A stretch of DNA of 63,037 nucleotides, the filler included. It is 5 parts of 5 records of this genome, joined end to end, with 100 filler letters (N's around TTAATTAATTAA, not from the genome) between each part and the next. Parts side by side here need not be neighbours in the genome. Positions count along the whole stretch, not along the records: positions 17,377 to 23,051 come from DRR723986_9209; positions 23,152 to 32,011 come from DRR723986_9212; 3 more parts are not named here. The stretch is one strand, 5' to 3'. Positions 20,791 through 30,984 of the stretch are shown here, in pieces (position 1 is the stretch's first letter; each line of letters begins with the position of its first letter). The translations under genes were made by a program, and so were the position numbers. The notes under the pieces are model-generated. The model did not search any database and was not told the origin of the DNA. It saw only the letters and a list, made by a program, of their open reading frames with translations.

Positions 20791-21816
20791 TTGTCCAGTG
20801 ACGATCCCCGCCCCCTGACCCTGCGCGATGTCTCCGAGGCCTCCGGCGTGTCGGAGATGACCGTCAGCCGCGTGCTGCGCAACCGCGGCGACGTCAGCCA
20901 GGCCACGCGGGAGCGGGTGCTGGAGGCTGCCAAGACCCTCGGCTACGTGCCCAACAAGATCGCGGGCGCTCTGGCCAGCCAGCGGGTGAACCTCGTCGCG
21001 GTCATCATCCCGTCGTTGCGGAACATGGTCTTCCCCGAGGTCATGGCCGGCATCAGCGGCGTGCTGGAGCAGACCGACCTGCAGCCCGTCGTGGGCGTCA
21101 CCGACTACATGCCCGAGAAGGAAGAGCGCGTCCTCTACGAGATGCTGTCGTGGCGGCCCTCGGGCGTGATCGTCGCGGGGCTGGAACACACCGAGGCCTC
21201 GATCGCCATGCTCAAGGCCTCCGGCATCCCGGTGGTCGAGATCATGGACACCGACGGCAAGCCCATCGATTGCGCCGTGGGCATCAGCCACCGCCGCGCG
21301 GGGCGCGAGATGGCGCGGGCGATCCTGAAGCAGGGCTACCAGCGCATCGGCTTCATGGGCACCAAGATGCCGCTCGACCACCGCGCGCGCAAACGCTTCG
21401 AGGGCTTCACAGAGGCGCTCGCCAAGGAAGGCGTCGAGATCGTCACGCAGGAGTTCTACTCGGGCGGCTCGGCGCTGGCCAAGGGGCGCGAGATGACCCG
21501 CGCCATGCTGGAGCGCGAGCCGGAACTGGATTTCCTCTATTACTCCAACGACATGATCGCCGCCGGTGGCCTGATGGAACTGCTGGCGCAGGGCATCGAC
21601 ATCCCCGGCCAAGTGGGGCTGGCGGGTTTCAACGGGGTCGAACTGCTGGACGGGCTGCCGCGTCAGGTCGCCACGATGGACGCCTGCCGGACCGAGATCG
21701 GCACCAAGGCGGCGCAGATCATCGCCGCCCGGGTCGAGAACCCCGAGGCAGAGATCGAGCGCATCATGGAACTGACGCCCCGGATCAGCTACGGCGATAC
21801 GCTGAAGCGCCGCTGA
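20791..21816 (+). CDS. LacI-family transcriptional regulator (gluconate-repressor-like)
   Basis: TLRDVSEASGVSEMTVSRVL HTH, LGYVPN..A..L. Confidence 0.92.
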   Translation: MSSDDPRPLTLRDVSEASGVSEMTVSRVLRNRGDVSQATRERVLEAAKTLGYVPNKIAGALASQRVNLVAVIIPSLRNMVFPEVMAGISGVLEQTDLQPVVGVTDYMPEKEERVLYEMLSWRPSGVIVAGLEHTEASIAMLKASGIPVVEIMDTDGKPIDCAVGISHRRAGREMARAILKQGYQRIGFMGTKMPLDHRARKRFEGFTEALAKEGVEIVTQEFYSGGSALAKGREMTRAMLEREPELDFLYYSNDMIAAGGLMELLAQGIDIPGQVGLAGFNGVELLDGLPRQVATMDACRTEIGTKAAQIIAARVENPEAEIERIMELTPRISYGDTLKRR

Positions 21817-21822
21817 GGCCCC

Positions 21823-23031
21823 GTGCAGCGGCTCGCCAATGATGCCGCCCGGCGGCTGTTCCTGCACCGGCACCTGCTGGCCGAGTCCCCCGCCGGCCCC
21901 GGCAAGGGCGCCGACCTGCACGGGCTGATCGAACGGCTGGGCTTCGTCCAGCTCGACAGCGTGCGCACGGTCGAGCGCGCGCATCACATGATCCTCTTCG
22001 CGCGCCGCCCCGCCTATCGTCCCCGCCACCTCGCCCCGCTGATGGAGCGCGACCGGCTGCTCTTCGAGCATTGGACCCATGACGCGGCGCTGATCCCCAT
22101 GGCCTTCTACCCGCACTGGCGGCTGCGCTTCGCCCGCGACCGCGCGCGGCTGGAAAGCCGCTGGGAGCGGCACCGCCCCGCCGGATTCTCCGAACAGGTC
22201 GACGCGGTCCTGCGGCAGGTGCAGGAGACCGGCGCCTGCTCGTCCTCGGACGTGGGCGAAGGCGAGGCCCGGTCGAAGGGCGGCTGGTGGGAATGGCACC
22301 CGTCCAAGACGGCGCTGGAATACCTCTGGCGCTCGGGCGCGCTTGCGGTCAGCCACCGCGAGGCCTTTCGCAAGACCTACGACCTGACGGAGCGGGTGAT
22401 CCCCGCCGAGGCCCGAGCGCGCGCCCCCTCCGAGGCGGAGAGCATCGACTGGCTCTGCCGCGCGGCGCTGGACCGACTGGGCTTCGCCACCCCCGGCGAA
22501 CTGGCGGCCTTCTGGGCCACGGTGACGCCCTCCGAGGCCCGGGACTGGGTCGAGGCGGCGCTGGCCCACGGCGCGGTCGAGCCGGTGGAGGTCATGGGGC
22601 ATGACGGCAAGCCGCGCCGCTCGGTGGCCTTCCCCGGTGTCGTGGAGGCCGCGCAGGCGGCGCCCGAGCCGACGAAGCGCCTGCGCGTCCTCAGCCCCTT
22701 CGATCCGGCGCTGCGCGACCGCAACCGGGCGGAGCGGCTGTTCGGCTTCCACTACCGGATCGAGATCTTCGTGCCCGCCGCGCAACGGCGCTACGGCTAC
22801 TATGTCTTTCCGCTGCTGGAGGGCGCGCGCCTCGTGGGTCGCATCGACATGGCCGCCGACCGCGCCTCGGGGGCGCTGACCGTCACGGCGCTCTGGCCCG
22901 AAAGCGGCGTCCGCTGGGGCGAGGGCCGCCAGACACGGCTGGAGGCGGAACTGGCGCGCGTGGCCCGATTCTCCGGGCTGGAAAGCGTGCGGTGGAAGGA
23001 CGGCTGGTTGCGAGGGCCGGTGCCGGGCTGA
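21823..23031 (+). CDS. ycaQ: YcaQ-like (HTH_42) interstrand-crosslink DNA glycosylase
   Basis: FVQLDS (QxD motif), FEHWTHDA, LSPFDP..R.R...LFGF.YRIE, GYYV.P.L. Confidence 0.85.
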   Translation: MQRLANDAARRLFLHRHLLAESPAGPGKGADLHGLIERLGFVQLDSVRTVERAHHMILFARRPAYRPRHLAPLMERDRLLFEHWTHDAALIPMAFYPHWRLRFARDRARLESRWERHRPAGFSEQVDAVLRQVQETGACSSSDVGEGEARSKGGWWEWHPSKTALEYLWRSGALAVSHREAFRKTYDLTERVIPAEARARAPSEAESIDWLCRAALDRLGFATPGELAAFWATVTPSEARDWVEAALAHGAVEPVEVMGHDGKPRRSVAFPGVVEAAQAAPEPTKRLRVLSPFDPALRDRNRAERLFGFHYRIEIFVPAAQRRYGYYVFPLLEGARLVGRIDMAADRASGALTVTALWPESGVRWGEGRQTRLEAELARVARFSGLESVRWKDGWLRGPVPG

Positions 23032-23043
23032 AGCCCGGCCTAC
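23022..23043 (-). repeat. GTAG-family REP-like palindrome
   Basis: Minus strand GTAG-GCCGGGC-TTCA-GCCCGGC overlapping the ycaQ stop, next to the contig break. Confidence 0.65.
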
Positions 23044-23051
23044 GCCCGGCC

Positions 23052-23151
23052 NNNNNNNNNNNNNNNNNNNNNNNNNNNNNNNNNNNNNNNNNNNNTTAAT
23101 TAATTAANNNNNNNNNNNNNNNNNNNNNNNNNNNNNNNNNNNNNNNNNNNN
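23052..23151. other. Artificial contig spacer
   Basis: N block with TTAATTAATTAA. Confidence 0.99.
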
Positions 23152-23961
23152 GAAGCTGTTCTTGGTCAGCAGCGTCAGCGTGGCAAAGGCAGAAATGGTC
23201 GAGGCCAGCACCGGCAGCGTGATGTGCCAGAAATAGTCCAGCAGCCTGCCAATCAGGCTCAGTTCCTCCCAGTTGTCAGATGTCAGCCCCCTGAGCGGGA
23301 AGAACTGCCAATATGATCCGCCAGCGAACAGGACCAGCAACAGGATCGCGAACAGAAAGCCGGGGATCGCATAGGCAACGATAATGACGCCGCTGGTTAT
23401 CGTGTCAAAGCGGCTGCCATCCTTGACGGCCTTGCGGATCCCAAGCGGGATTGAGACGATGTAGGCGATAACGGTTGACCATAACCCGAGCGTGATCGAC
23501 ACAGGCATCTTTTCCAGAACCAGATCGACGACCGAGATCGAACGGAAATAGCTTTCGCCAAAATCGAACCGCAGATAGTCCCACATCATCAGGAAGAAGC
23601 GTTCCAGCGCGGGTATGTCCTCGGTCGTGCATTCCTCGGCCTCGATATCAGGCTCGCCCGTAAATCCGTCTTCGCAGACGATGCGGGCGAAGTGGAACTC
23701 TACCTCCAGCTCGGCAATGAAATCGGCGGGCAGGCCACGGGCCCCCAGGTAGTTATCGTCGCCGCCCAGTTCCGCACCGCCACCCGCCTCTGACCCGCCA
23801 CCGGAAATCCCGGCGAAAACATCGCCCTCACCTTCCAGTTCGGCCATGATCTGGTCGATCGGGCCACCGGGCACGAATTGTACAAGGGCAAAGTTGATGA
23901 CCATGATCCCGATCAGCGTCGGGATCATCAGCAACAGCCGTCTGAAAACATAGGCGCCCAT
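23152..23961 (-). CDS. yejB: Peptide (microcin C) ABC transporter permease, 3'-truncated
   Basis: MGAYVFRRLLLMIPTL, QFVPGGP, FDFGESYF, PLGIRKAV.DGS.FD. Confidence 0.92.
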
Positions 23962-23967
23962 GCTGGC

Positions 23968-25848
23968 TTAGAACGCTCCGGCGTCGCGCAAGGCGGCTTC
24001 TGCATCCGGGTCGATCCACCAGAAATCGAGGAACCCGAGCGAATAGGGCGGCAGGTTTTCAGGGTAGCGATACATGTCGTAATAGGCGACCCAGTGGTTC
24101 GGGTTATACCATTGCGGCACCCGGAAGCGTTCCCACCGCAGCACACGATCCAGCGCGCTGACGGCCACGCTCAGTTCCTCCTGTGTTTCGGCTTCAACCA
24201 CGGCCTCGACCAGCGCGTCTACCGCCGGATCGGCAATGCCCGCCGGGTTGAAAACCGATTCATTCGCGGTTGCGGATCCGAAATACTGGCGCAGGCCAGA
24301 TCCGGGCTCGTAGCTCATCGGGAAATGGTCGGTGATCATATCGAAATCATAGTCCCGTTCCCGCTGACTGAACTGCGCGTTATCAACCCGGTTCAACCGT
24401 GCGTCGATGCCGATGGCCTGAAGGTTTTCGACATAGGGGTTGATGATCCGATCAAACAGAGGGCTGGCATTCAGAAGCTCGATTTCAAGCGTTTGCCCGG
24501 CTGCGTTGCGCAACATGCCGTCATCGCCCGGCACCCAACCGGCCTCTTCCAGCAGGGCAAGGGCCTGACGCGCGCGGCGGCGGTCGAAGGAACGGTCGGG
24601 GTTGGCAGGTTCGATGGCATAGGCCGGTTCTGTCAGCACCTCGGGGCGCACCATGTCGGATAGCGGGTCCAGCAGCGCCAGTTCCGCATCAGACGGCAGG
24701 CCGGTCGCGGACAGCTCGGTGTTTTCCCAGAACGACACGTTTGGCGTGTAGAGCCCGTAGAACAGCGTCTGGTTGGTCCATTCGAAGTTGAACATCAAAG
24801 AGATCGCCTCGCGCACGCGCACATCCTGAAATTGCGGGCGGCGCAGGTTCATGACGAAGCTCTGGCCCGAGGAAATCGTGCCGTCGGCAATCTCTTCGCG
24901 CACAACCAGCCCCTGTTCCAGCTTGGGAAAGTCATAGGCCGTAGCCCATTGGGCTGAACTGCTTTCCTGCCGGAACGTATATTGCCCGGCTGTAAACCCT
25001 TCGAAAGCGGCGATCGCATCGCCGTAGTACTCGATTCGGATAGACCCGTAATTGTGGCGGCCCTGATTGATCGGCAGGTCGTTGCCCCAATAGTCGGGAT
25101 TGCGCCGAAAGATCGTGCGTTCACCCACGTCGATCCGGTCAACTATGTATGGCCCCGAGCCCATCAGAGGTTCCAGCCGGCTTTCATCAAACCCGAGGCC
25201 GGATGCCTCGTGGCTGGCACGGCTGAAGACCGGCAGTCCACCGGCACTATCAATGCGGCCACGCAGGGGGGCGTCCGGGTTAAAATCGAACCGTACCCGT
25301 CCATCATCCAGCGCTTCCGCCCCGGCGATGGTCAAACCGATCGACGCGCGGAAGGACGGCAACCCCTCATCGCGCAGAATCTCATAGCTGAACACCACGT
25401 CATCTGCGGTCACAGGCGTGCCGTCGGAAAAGCGAGCCTCGGGGCGCAGGGTGAAGATCACGTATGATCGATCCTCTGGGTAAGCGATGCTTTCGCACAG
25501 CAGGCAATAGTAGCTGCCGACCTCATCCGCGGTGCCTTCCAGCATCGACTCGAAGAAAATCGAGGCCAGCACCGCAGGTCGGCCCTGACGTGTATAGGGA
25601 TGCAGCGAATCGAATGACCCGGACCAGGCGAAGGAGAATTCTCCGCCACGGGGGGCATCAGGGTTCACGTAATCCAGATGCTCGAAATCGGGACCATAGC
25701 GCAGATCGCCAAACGTCGAGATACCATGAGTGACCGTCAGGTCGGCGTCCTGGGAAAAACCGGGGGTAGCCAGAACGGATGCGGCCAGCAGAGGCAAGGC
25801 CATCCACCACGAAACGGTGGGCCGGGTCGCTTGGCGGGTTCGTGTCAT
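23968..25848 (-). CDS. yejA: Peptide ABC transporter substrate-binding protein (start approximate)
   Basis: HG....G..+Y..DF.H.DYVNPDAP.GG, ARFSDGTP, WW at C-terminus; directly upstream of yejB. Confidence 0.9.
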   Translation of the reverse strand: MTRTRQATRPTVSWWMALPLLAASVLATPGFSQDADLTVTHGISTFGDLRYGPDFEHLDYVNPDAPRGGEFSFAWSGSFDSLHPYTRQGRPAVLASIFFESMLEGTADEVGSYYCLLCESIAYPEDRSYVIFTLRPEARFSDGTPVTADDVVFSYEILRDEGLPSFRASIGLTIAGAEALDDGRVRFDFNPDAPLRGRIDSAGGLPVFSRASHEASGLGFDESRLEPLMGSGPYIVDRIDVGERTIFRRNPDYWGNDLPINQGRHNYGSIRIEYYGDAIAAFEGFTAGQYTFRQESSSAQWATAYDFPKLEQGLVVREEIADGTISSGQSFVMNLRRPQFQDVRVREAISLMFNFEWTNQTLFYGLYTPNVSFWENTELSATGLPSDAELALLDPLSDMVRPEVLTEPAYAIEPANPDRSFDRRRARQALALLEEAGWVPGDDGMLRNAAGQTLEIELLNASPLFDRIINPYVENLQAIGIDARLNRVDNAQFSQRERDYDFDMITDHFPMSYEPGSGLRQYFGSATANESVFNPAGIADPAVDALVEAVVEAETQEELSVAVSALDRVLRWERFRVPQWYNPNHWVAYYDMYRYPENLPPYSLGFLDFWWIDPDAEAALRDAGAF

Positions 25849-25957
25849 GCTGCGCTCCACTATGGATATCCTGCTTGGTATAGTTATGGGTGCAGTAACC
25901 CTAAGGACCAGCCCCGTCATCGTTCAAGGCGAATTACATTTTCGTGACCCTGAAATG

Positions 25958-25981
25958 AAAAAGGCCGCCCCGAAGGCGGCC
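25958..25981 (-). terminator. Rho-independent terminator of the cytochrome c gene
   Basis: GGCCGCC-TTCGG-GGCGGCC then T5 on the minus strand. Confidence 0.75.
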
Positions 25982-26003
25982 AAATTCTGCGCATTGAGCC
26001 GAA

Positions 26004-26531
26004 TCAGTCGTCCAGCGAGTCGAGATACGCAACCATTGCGGCGCGGTCTTCGACATCGCGCATGCCGGAATAGGACATTGCGGTGCCCGGCGCATAGGAA
26101 CGCGGGTTTTCAAGGAAGCCGCTCAATGCTTCGGGCGTCCAATCGCCTTCCAGCCCTTCCAGCGTGCCGGAATAGCCGAACCCTTCGGCAGAGGCGATGT
26201 CGCGGTTCACGACTCCGTAGAGCGATGGGCCGGTGCCATTCTGGCCCGGTTCGACCGAATGGCAGCTGCGGCAGGCACGGAACGCGCCTTCGCCATCAGC
26301 GGGGTCAGCAGAAGCAAGGTATTCCGAGAAGGGCACAGCCACGACTTCTTCGTCATCAGCATGATCGCCATCGCCGGTGTCGATTACATATCCGGCGAGA
26401 TGTTCGCCATGGGCATCGTGCCCGCCACCGACGCTGTAAAGGCCGTCAGCAGCCCAACCGCCAAGAAGCAGAACAAGCCAGGCCGCGCATACGCCGCCGA
26501 CGGCTTTGGTGAGGGTCATCGTGTCAAACAT
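26004..26531 (-). CDS. cycM: Membrane-anchored cytochrome c (CycM/c552 type)
   Basis: MFDTMTLTK anchor, CRSCH heme motif, GP.LYGVV.R, PGTAM. Confidence 0.85.
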   Translation of the reverse strand: MFDTMTLTKAVGGVCAAWLVLLLGGWAADGLYSVGGGHDAHGEHLAGYVIDTGDGDHADDEEVVAVPFSEYLASADPADGEGAFRACRSCHSVEPGQNGTGPSLYGVVNRDIASAEGFGYSGTLEGLEGDWTPEALSGFLENPRSYAPGTAMSYSGMRDVEDRAAMVAYLDSLDD

Positions 26532-26640
26532 GGTTATCCCGTCCACATTTCGAGTTGCCGCGTATCTACCGACTTTCCCACCCTGCTTTCAAGGTGTAGT
26601 CAGCGCGACAGAACGCCCTTGTTGAAGAAAGTCGCCAAAA

Positions 26641-27471
26641 ATGACCGATCGCATCGCATTTCAGGGAGAACCCGGTGCCTATTCGCATCAGGCTTGCCGC
26701 GAAGCACGCCCTCATCTGGAGGCGCTGCCCTGTGCTACATTCGAGGACGTGATCGAGGCTGTGCGCAGCGGCGAAGCCATCGAGGCGATGCTGCCGGTCG
26801 AAAATTCCACTTACGGACGGGTGGCCGATATCCACCGCCTGTTGCCCGACAGCGGGTTGCATATCGTCGACGAGGCTTTCGTGCGGGTGCATATCAACCT
26901 GCTTGGCGTGCGCGGCAGTTCCATTGCCGATGTGACCGACGCCTGGAGCCACCTGGTCCTGTTGCCGCAATGTGCAGGTTTTCTGCGCAAACATGCGATC
27001 AAGGGCCGGGTCAGCCCCGACAATGCCCGCGCCGCGCGCGATGTGGCGGAAAAAGGCAACCCGGCCCATGCGGCACTTGCCTCTGAACTCGCGGGCGAAA
27101 TCTACGGTCTGGACGTTCTGGCGCGCCATATCGAGGATCACGACCGCAACACCACGCGCTTTCTGATCATGTCACAGCAGGCAGACCTGACCCGGCGCGC
27201 CGATCACATGATGACGAGCTTTGTCTTTCAGGTGCGCAACATTCCGGCGGCGCTATACAAGGCCATGGGCGGTTTCGCCACGAATGGCGTCAACATGACC
27301 AAACTGGAAAGCTACATGGTAGGCGGCAGCTTCACCGCGACGCAGTTCTATGCCGATATCGAGGGCCATCCCGATGACGCCAACGTGCAACTGGCGATGG
27401 ATGAGCTGAAATACTTCACCTCGCATCTGCATATTCTGGGCACCTACCCGGCGGACCGGTTGCGCGACTGA
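26641..27471 (+). CDS. pheA: Prephenate dehydratase
   Basis: IAFQGEPGAYS, PVENST.G, NTTRF, NMTKLES ACT domain. Confidence 0.95.
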   Translation: MTDRIAFQGEPGAYSHQACREARPHLEALPCATFEDVIEAVRSGEAIEAMLPVENSTYGRVADIHRLLPDSGLHIVDEAFVRVHINLLGVRGSSIADVTDAWSHLVLLPQCAGFLRKHAIKGRVSPDNARAARDVAEKGNPAHAALASELAGEIYGLDVLARHIEDHDRNTTRFLIMSQQADLTRRADHMMTSFVFQVRNIPAALYKAMGGFATNGVNMTKLESYMVGGSFTATQFYADIEGHPDDANVQLAMDELKYFTSHLHILGTYPADRLRD

Positions 27472-27474
27472 CCT

Positions 27475-27951
27475 TTAGCTGCGTCCCTGACTGCGACGAT
27501 ATTCGTCTTCATATTCGTTGGCCAAGGCGACGATCCGCGAGTCGATCTTGCCCTGAATCTGACGGCGCCCCAGCTTGATCGTTTGCAGGATCAGCCGTGC
27601 TGCAAGCGTGGTCGCCTTCAGTTGCGCTGTCGCACGCACGCGGGTCTTTTCCGGCCCAAGTTCCTCGAAGAAGAGGTCGACATCGACAGTCATGCCCCCC
27701 ACGGTCGTTTTCATCTGCGCATGCTCGGGGTGATTCAACCGGGTAATGGTGGCCTCGACCCCGCGCGCTTTTCCACGCACGATCGCCGACCCGCGCCAGG
27801 AACACCCTTCTGCGATCTCGGTGAAACCATTGACCCGCCGGATGTCGGCCCCGTATTGACGAACGGATTTTTCATACCGGGTAAAATCGGCAAACCGGCT
27901 GAACGCAAAATCGCGGGGGATATCGACATCTTCTCGTGTTTCAAAAATCAT
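27475..27951 (-). CDS. Conserved hypothetical protein (SRPBCC-like fold)
   Basis: 158-aa ORF filling the pheA-nudC gap; TL.ARL.LQ..KL C-terminal motif. Confidence 0.6.
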   Translation of the reverse strand: MIFETREDVDIPRDFAFSRFADFTRYEKSVRQYGADIRRVNGFTEIAEGCSWRGSAIVRGKARGVEATITRLNHPEHAQMKTTVGGMTVDVDLFFEELGPEKTRVRATAQLKATTLAARLILQTIKLGRRQIQGKIDSRIVALANEYEDEYRRSQGRS

Positions 27952-27997
27952 ACTCGTTCATCCCCGTTTCATTCGTGAGTGACTTTATCTTTGACCG

Positions 27998-28969
27998 TCA
28001 GTCCAGCCTGTCTGCAAGCCAGTTTTCCATAAGAAACTGTGCAATCGCCCCTTTTCTGGCGGGCAGAATGGCTGGGTGGCGGCCTGCCAGAGCCTCGGCC
28101 AGTTCTTCCCGGCTGATCCACATGGCAGCTTCCAGTTCTGCCGGATCAATGGTGATCTCACGGCTCAGCGCCTCTCCCTTGCAGCCGAACATCAGAGATG
28201 ACGGGTAGGGCCAGGGCTGACTGGCGAGGTACTCGACCTGTCCGACCTGCACCGCCGTTTCTTCGGCAACTTCACGGCGCACGGCGGCTTCCATGGTTTC
28301 TCCGGGCTCGATGAACCCCGCCAACAGCGAATACATGCCTTCGGGCCAGCCCGGGGACCGGCCAAGTAGCAGGTCGTTTCCGCACGTGATCAGCATGATG
28401 ACCACGGGATCAGTGCGCGGAAAATGATGCGCGCTGCAATCGGGGCAGGTGCGCTGCCACCCTGCCTGAGTCATCCGGCTTTCAGAACCGCACCGGGCGC
28501 AGAACCGATGAGACCTGTGCCAGCTGAGCATGGCCTTGGCTGTGGCGGCCAGCTCTGCGTCGCGCGGGGTCAGCAGAGTCATGGCCAGCCTGAGTTCCCG
28601 GAAAAGCTGATCTCCGGACGCCGCTGGATGAGATTGCAGGCTTTGATCCGCAAAGGAATTGAGCTGCGTGTGGTCCAGGTCATCCGGCTGCCAGCGAGAT
28701 ATATCGGCCGCAAAGCGAAGATTGCCGTCATCATCGCCGAGAAACAGCCGCTCGGCCGGGGCGTCGGACAGCATCGGGTGGTCTGCCGAAAGCCAGATCA
28801 GCCGCAGACTTCCCGCATGATCTTCCATCAACGGCTTGCCACGCCAGATCGGCAGGACGCTGCCACGGCCATCCTCCAAAGCCGCGGCCAAGGATGCCTC
28901 GTCCCCACGCATCAATGCAGCACGATCAAGCCCCGATCCTCCGAATGTCACTGTCTCTGCAAGCTTCAT
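27998..28969 (-). CDS. nudC: NAD(H) diphosphatase
   Basis: FCARCG and CPDC zinc ribbon, FPRTDP, Nudix box, SQPWPYP.SLM. Confidence 0.95.
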   Translation of the reverse strand: MKLAETVTFGGSGLDRAALMRGDEASLAAALEDGRGSVLPIWRGKPLMEDHAGSLRLIWLSADHPMLSDAPAERLFLGDDDGNLRFAADISRWQPDDLDHTQLNSFADQSLQSHPAASGDQLFRELRLAMTLLTPRDAELAATAKAMLSWHRSHRFCARCGSESRMTQAGWQRTCPDCSAHHFPRTDPVVIMLITCGNDLLLGRSPGWPEGMYSLLAGFIEPGETMEAAVRREVAEETAVQVGQVEYLASQPWPYPSSLMFGCKGEALSREITIDPAELEAAMWISREELAEALAGRHPAILPARKGAIAQFLMENWLADRLD

Positions 28970-29140
28970 GTCCCTGCTTTCCGCCTGAATCTGTTAACCT
29001 TTTTTAAGGCTTCTATGGCAGGAATGTCGCAGATGCAGGAAACCGGCGCAAACCGGAAATCAGCATCGGTCTGCGGCTGGTGTTTTCTTGGGTGAATGGT
29101 CTAATTGAGATGAGGACAGGACGACCAGAAAAGAACACCT

Positions 29141-30979
29141 ATGAGGATTCAGGCAGACAAGGCAGCCAGCCCAATCGCGGGACGGCGCCTGCGGCTCGTG
29201 TTGCTGGCCACAACAGACCTGCACGCGAACCTGCGCCCGTACAATTATTACCTCGATGCCGAGGCAGACGATCCGGGCCTCGCACGGATTGCCACGCTGG
29301 TTGACCGCCTGCGCGCGGCGGAACCCAACTGCCTGCTGTTCGACAATGGCGACACGTTGCAGGGCACGCCGCTTGGTGATGTGGCCCATGACCAGCAGCA
29401 GACGGACCCACACCCGATGATCGCCGCAATGAACCAGATGGGCTATGATGCGGCCACGGTGGGCAACCACGATTTCAACTACGGCCTCCCGTTTCTGGAA
29501 CGCACAGTGGCCGGCGCGGCGTTTCCGGTTGTGGTCGCGAATGTGGATCGGGCGGATGGCACCCCCTTCTTGCCACGATCTGTCCTGCTGGACAGAGAGT
29601 TTCGAGACCATGCCGGGGAAAAGCAGAGCCTGTGCATCGGGGTCATCGGCCTGACCCCGCCACAGATCACAAAATGGGACAGCACCCTTCTGGCCGGGCA
29701 TGTCCGCACCCGCCCGATTCTCGAGGCCGGCCGGGCAGAGGCCGAGGCCCTGCGCGCGGCGGGGGCCGATCTTGTTATTGCCTTGTGTCATTCCGGGCTC
29801 GGGTCAGGGGAAGAATCCCCCGATATGGAGAACGCCCTTCTTCCGCTCGCCGCCTCTGGCGCTGCGGATGCGATCGTTTCAGGCCACACGCATCAGGTAT
29901 TCCCCATGGACGGGCAAACCGGCCTGATCCACGGCATTCCGGTGGTGCAGCCGGGTTTCTTCGGGTCTCATCTCGGACAGATTACGCTGGACCTGACATT
30001 CGACGGCGCATGGCAGGTGACAAGGGGACTCTCCTGCGCGCATCCGGTTCTGCCCGACAGTGGCCCTGTTCCCGCATCGCCCGCCATTCTTGGTCTGTCG
30101 GAGGCCAGCCACGCGCAGACCTTGGCGCACACTCGCTGCCCGATCGGGGAAAGCACCGCTCCGCTTGAAACCTATTTCGCGTTGGCGGGGAACAGCCCCG
30201 CCCTGTCCCTGATGGCCGAGGCGACGGCGTCCTGCGCCCTACAGATGCTACAATGCCAGCCTCTGGCCGATCTGCCGCTGCTATCCGCCGTGGCGCCCTT
30301 CAAAGGCGGAGGCCGGGCCGGGCCGGGCTACTACACGGATATTCCAGCAGGCCCCCTGACCCTTCGCAATGCGGCTGATCTATATGCCTTTCCCAACACG
30401 TTGCAGGTTCTTCGTGTCACTGGCGATAATCTGAAAGACTGGCTGGAACGTGCCGCCAGTGCTTTTTTGCAGATCACCCCCGGTCAAAATGGGCAAACCC
30501 TGCTGGACCCCGGCTTTTCAAGCTACAATTTCGACGTGATATTCGGATTGAGCTATGCCATCGACGTCTCGCAACCCGCGCGCTATTCGGCGGATGGGGA
30601 ACAGGTTTTTCCCGGTCCGGGACGCATCCGCGACTTGTGCTTCGGATCGCAACCGGTCACTGCATCCGACAGGTTTCTGGTCGTCACCAACAGCTACCGG
30701 GCCTCAGGCGGCGGCCACTTTCCGGCCCCCGCCCGGTGCGACGCTGTACTGAGCAGTCACCTTGCCGTGCGAACGCTGCTGGCCGAGCACATTGCCAAAG
30801 CCTCCCCGATCAGGCCGGAGCCTCAGGATACATGGCGTTTCGCCCCTGTGGGCGGAACCCGGGTGATCTTTGAAACCGGTCCCGGCGCTGCCTCTCATCC
30901 CAACCGAGCAGCGGCACTTGGTCTGCATCCACTGGGCACCGGGCCAACCGGATTCCACCGGTTCGAAATGACGATCTGA
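29141..30979 (+). CDS. cpdB: 2',3'-cyclic-nucleotide 2'-phosphodiesterase/3'-nucleotidase-like protein
   Basis: TTDLH, DNGDTLQG, GNHDFNYG, HSG, GHTH, APFKGGG, YNFD, TNSYR. Confidence 0.85.
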   Translation: MRIQADKAASPIAGRRLRLVLLATTDLHANLRPYNYYLDAEADDPGLARIATLVDRLRAAEPNCLLFDNGDTLQGTPLGDVAHDQQQTDPHPMIAAMNQMGYDAATVGNHDFNYGLPFLERTVAGAAFPVVVANVDRADGTPFLPRSVLLDREFRDHAGEKQSLCIGVIGLTPPQITKWDSTLLAGHVRTRPILEAGRAEAEALRAAGADLVIALCHSGLGSGEESPDMENALLPLAASGAADAIVSGHTHQVFPMDGQTGLIHGIPVVQPGFFGSHLGQITLDLTFDGAWQVTRGLSCAHPVLPDSGPVPASPAILGLSEASHAQTLAHTRCPIGESTAPLETYFALAGNSPALSLMAEATASCALQMLQCQPLADLPLLSAVAPFKGGGRAGPGYYTDIPAGPLTLRNAADLYAFPNTLQVLRVTGDNLKDWLERAASAFLQITPGQNGQTLLDPGFSSYNFDVIFGLSYAIDVSQPARYSADGEQVFPGPGRIRDLCFGSQPVTASDRFLVVTNSYRASGGGHFPAPARCDAVLSSHLAVRTLLAEHIAKASPIRPEPQDTWRFAPVGGTRVIFETGPGAASHPNRAAALGLHPLGTGPTGFHRFEMTI

Positions 30980-30984
30980 TCCGG

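Noticed and set aside
17329-22879. Long antisense and alternative-frame ORFs (e.g. 20413-22785, 18867-20027)
   Set aside because: Shadow ORFs expected at very high GC, overlapping well-supported genes.
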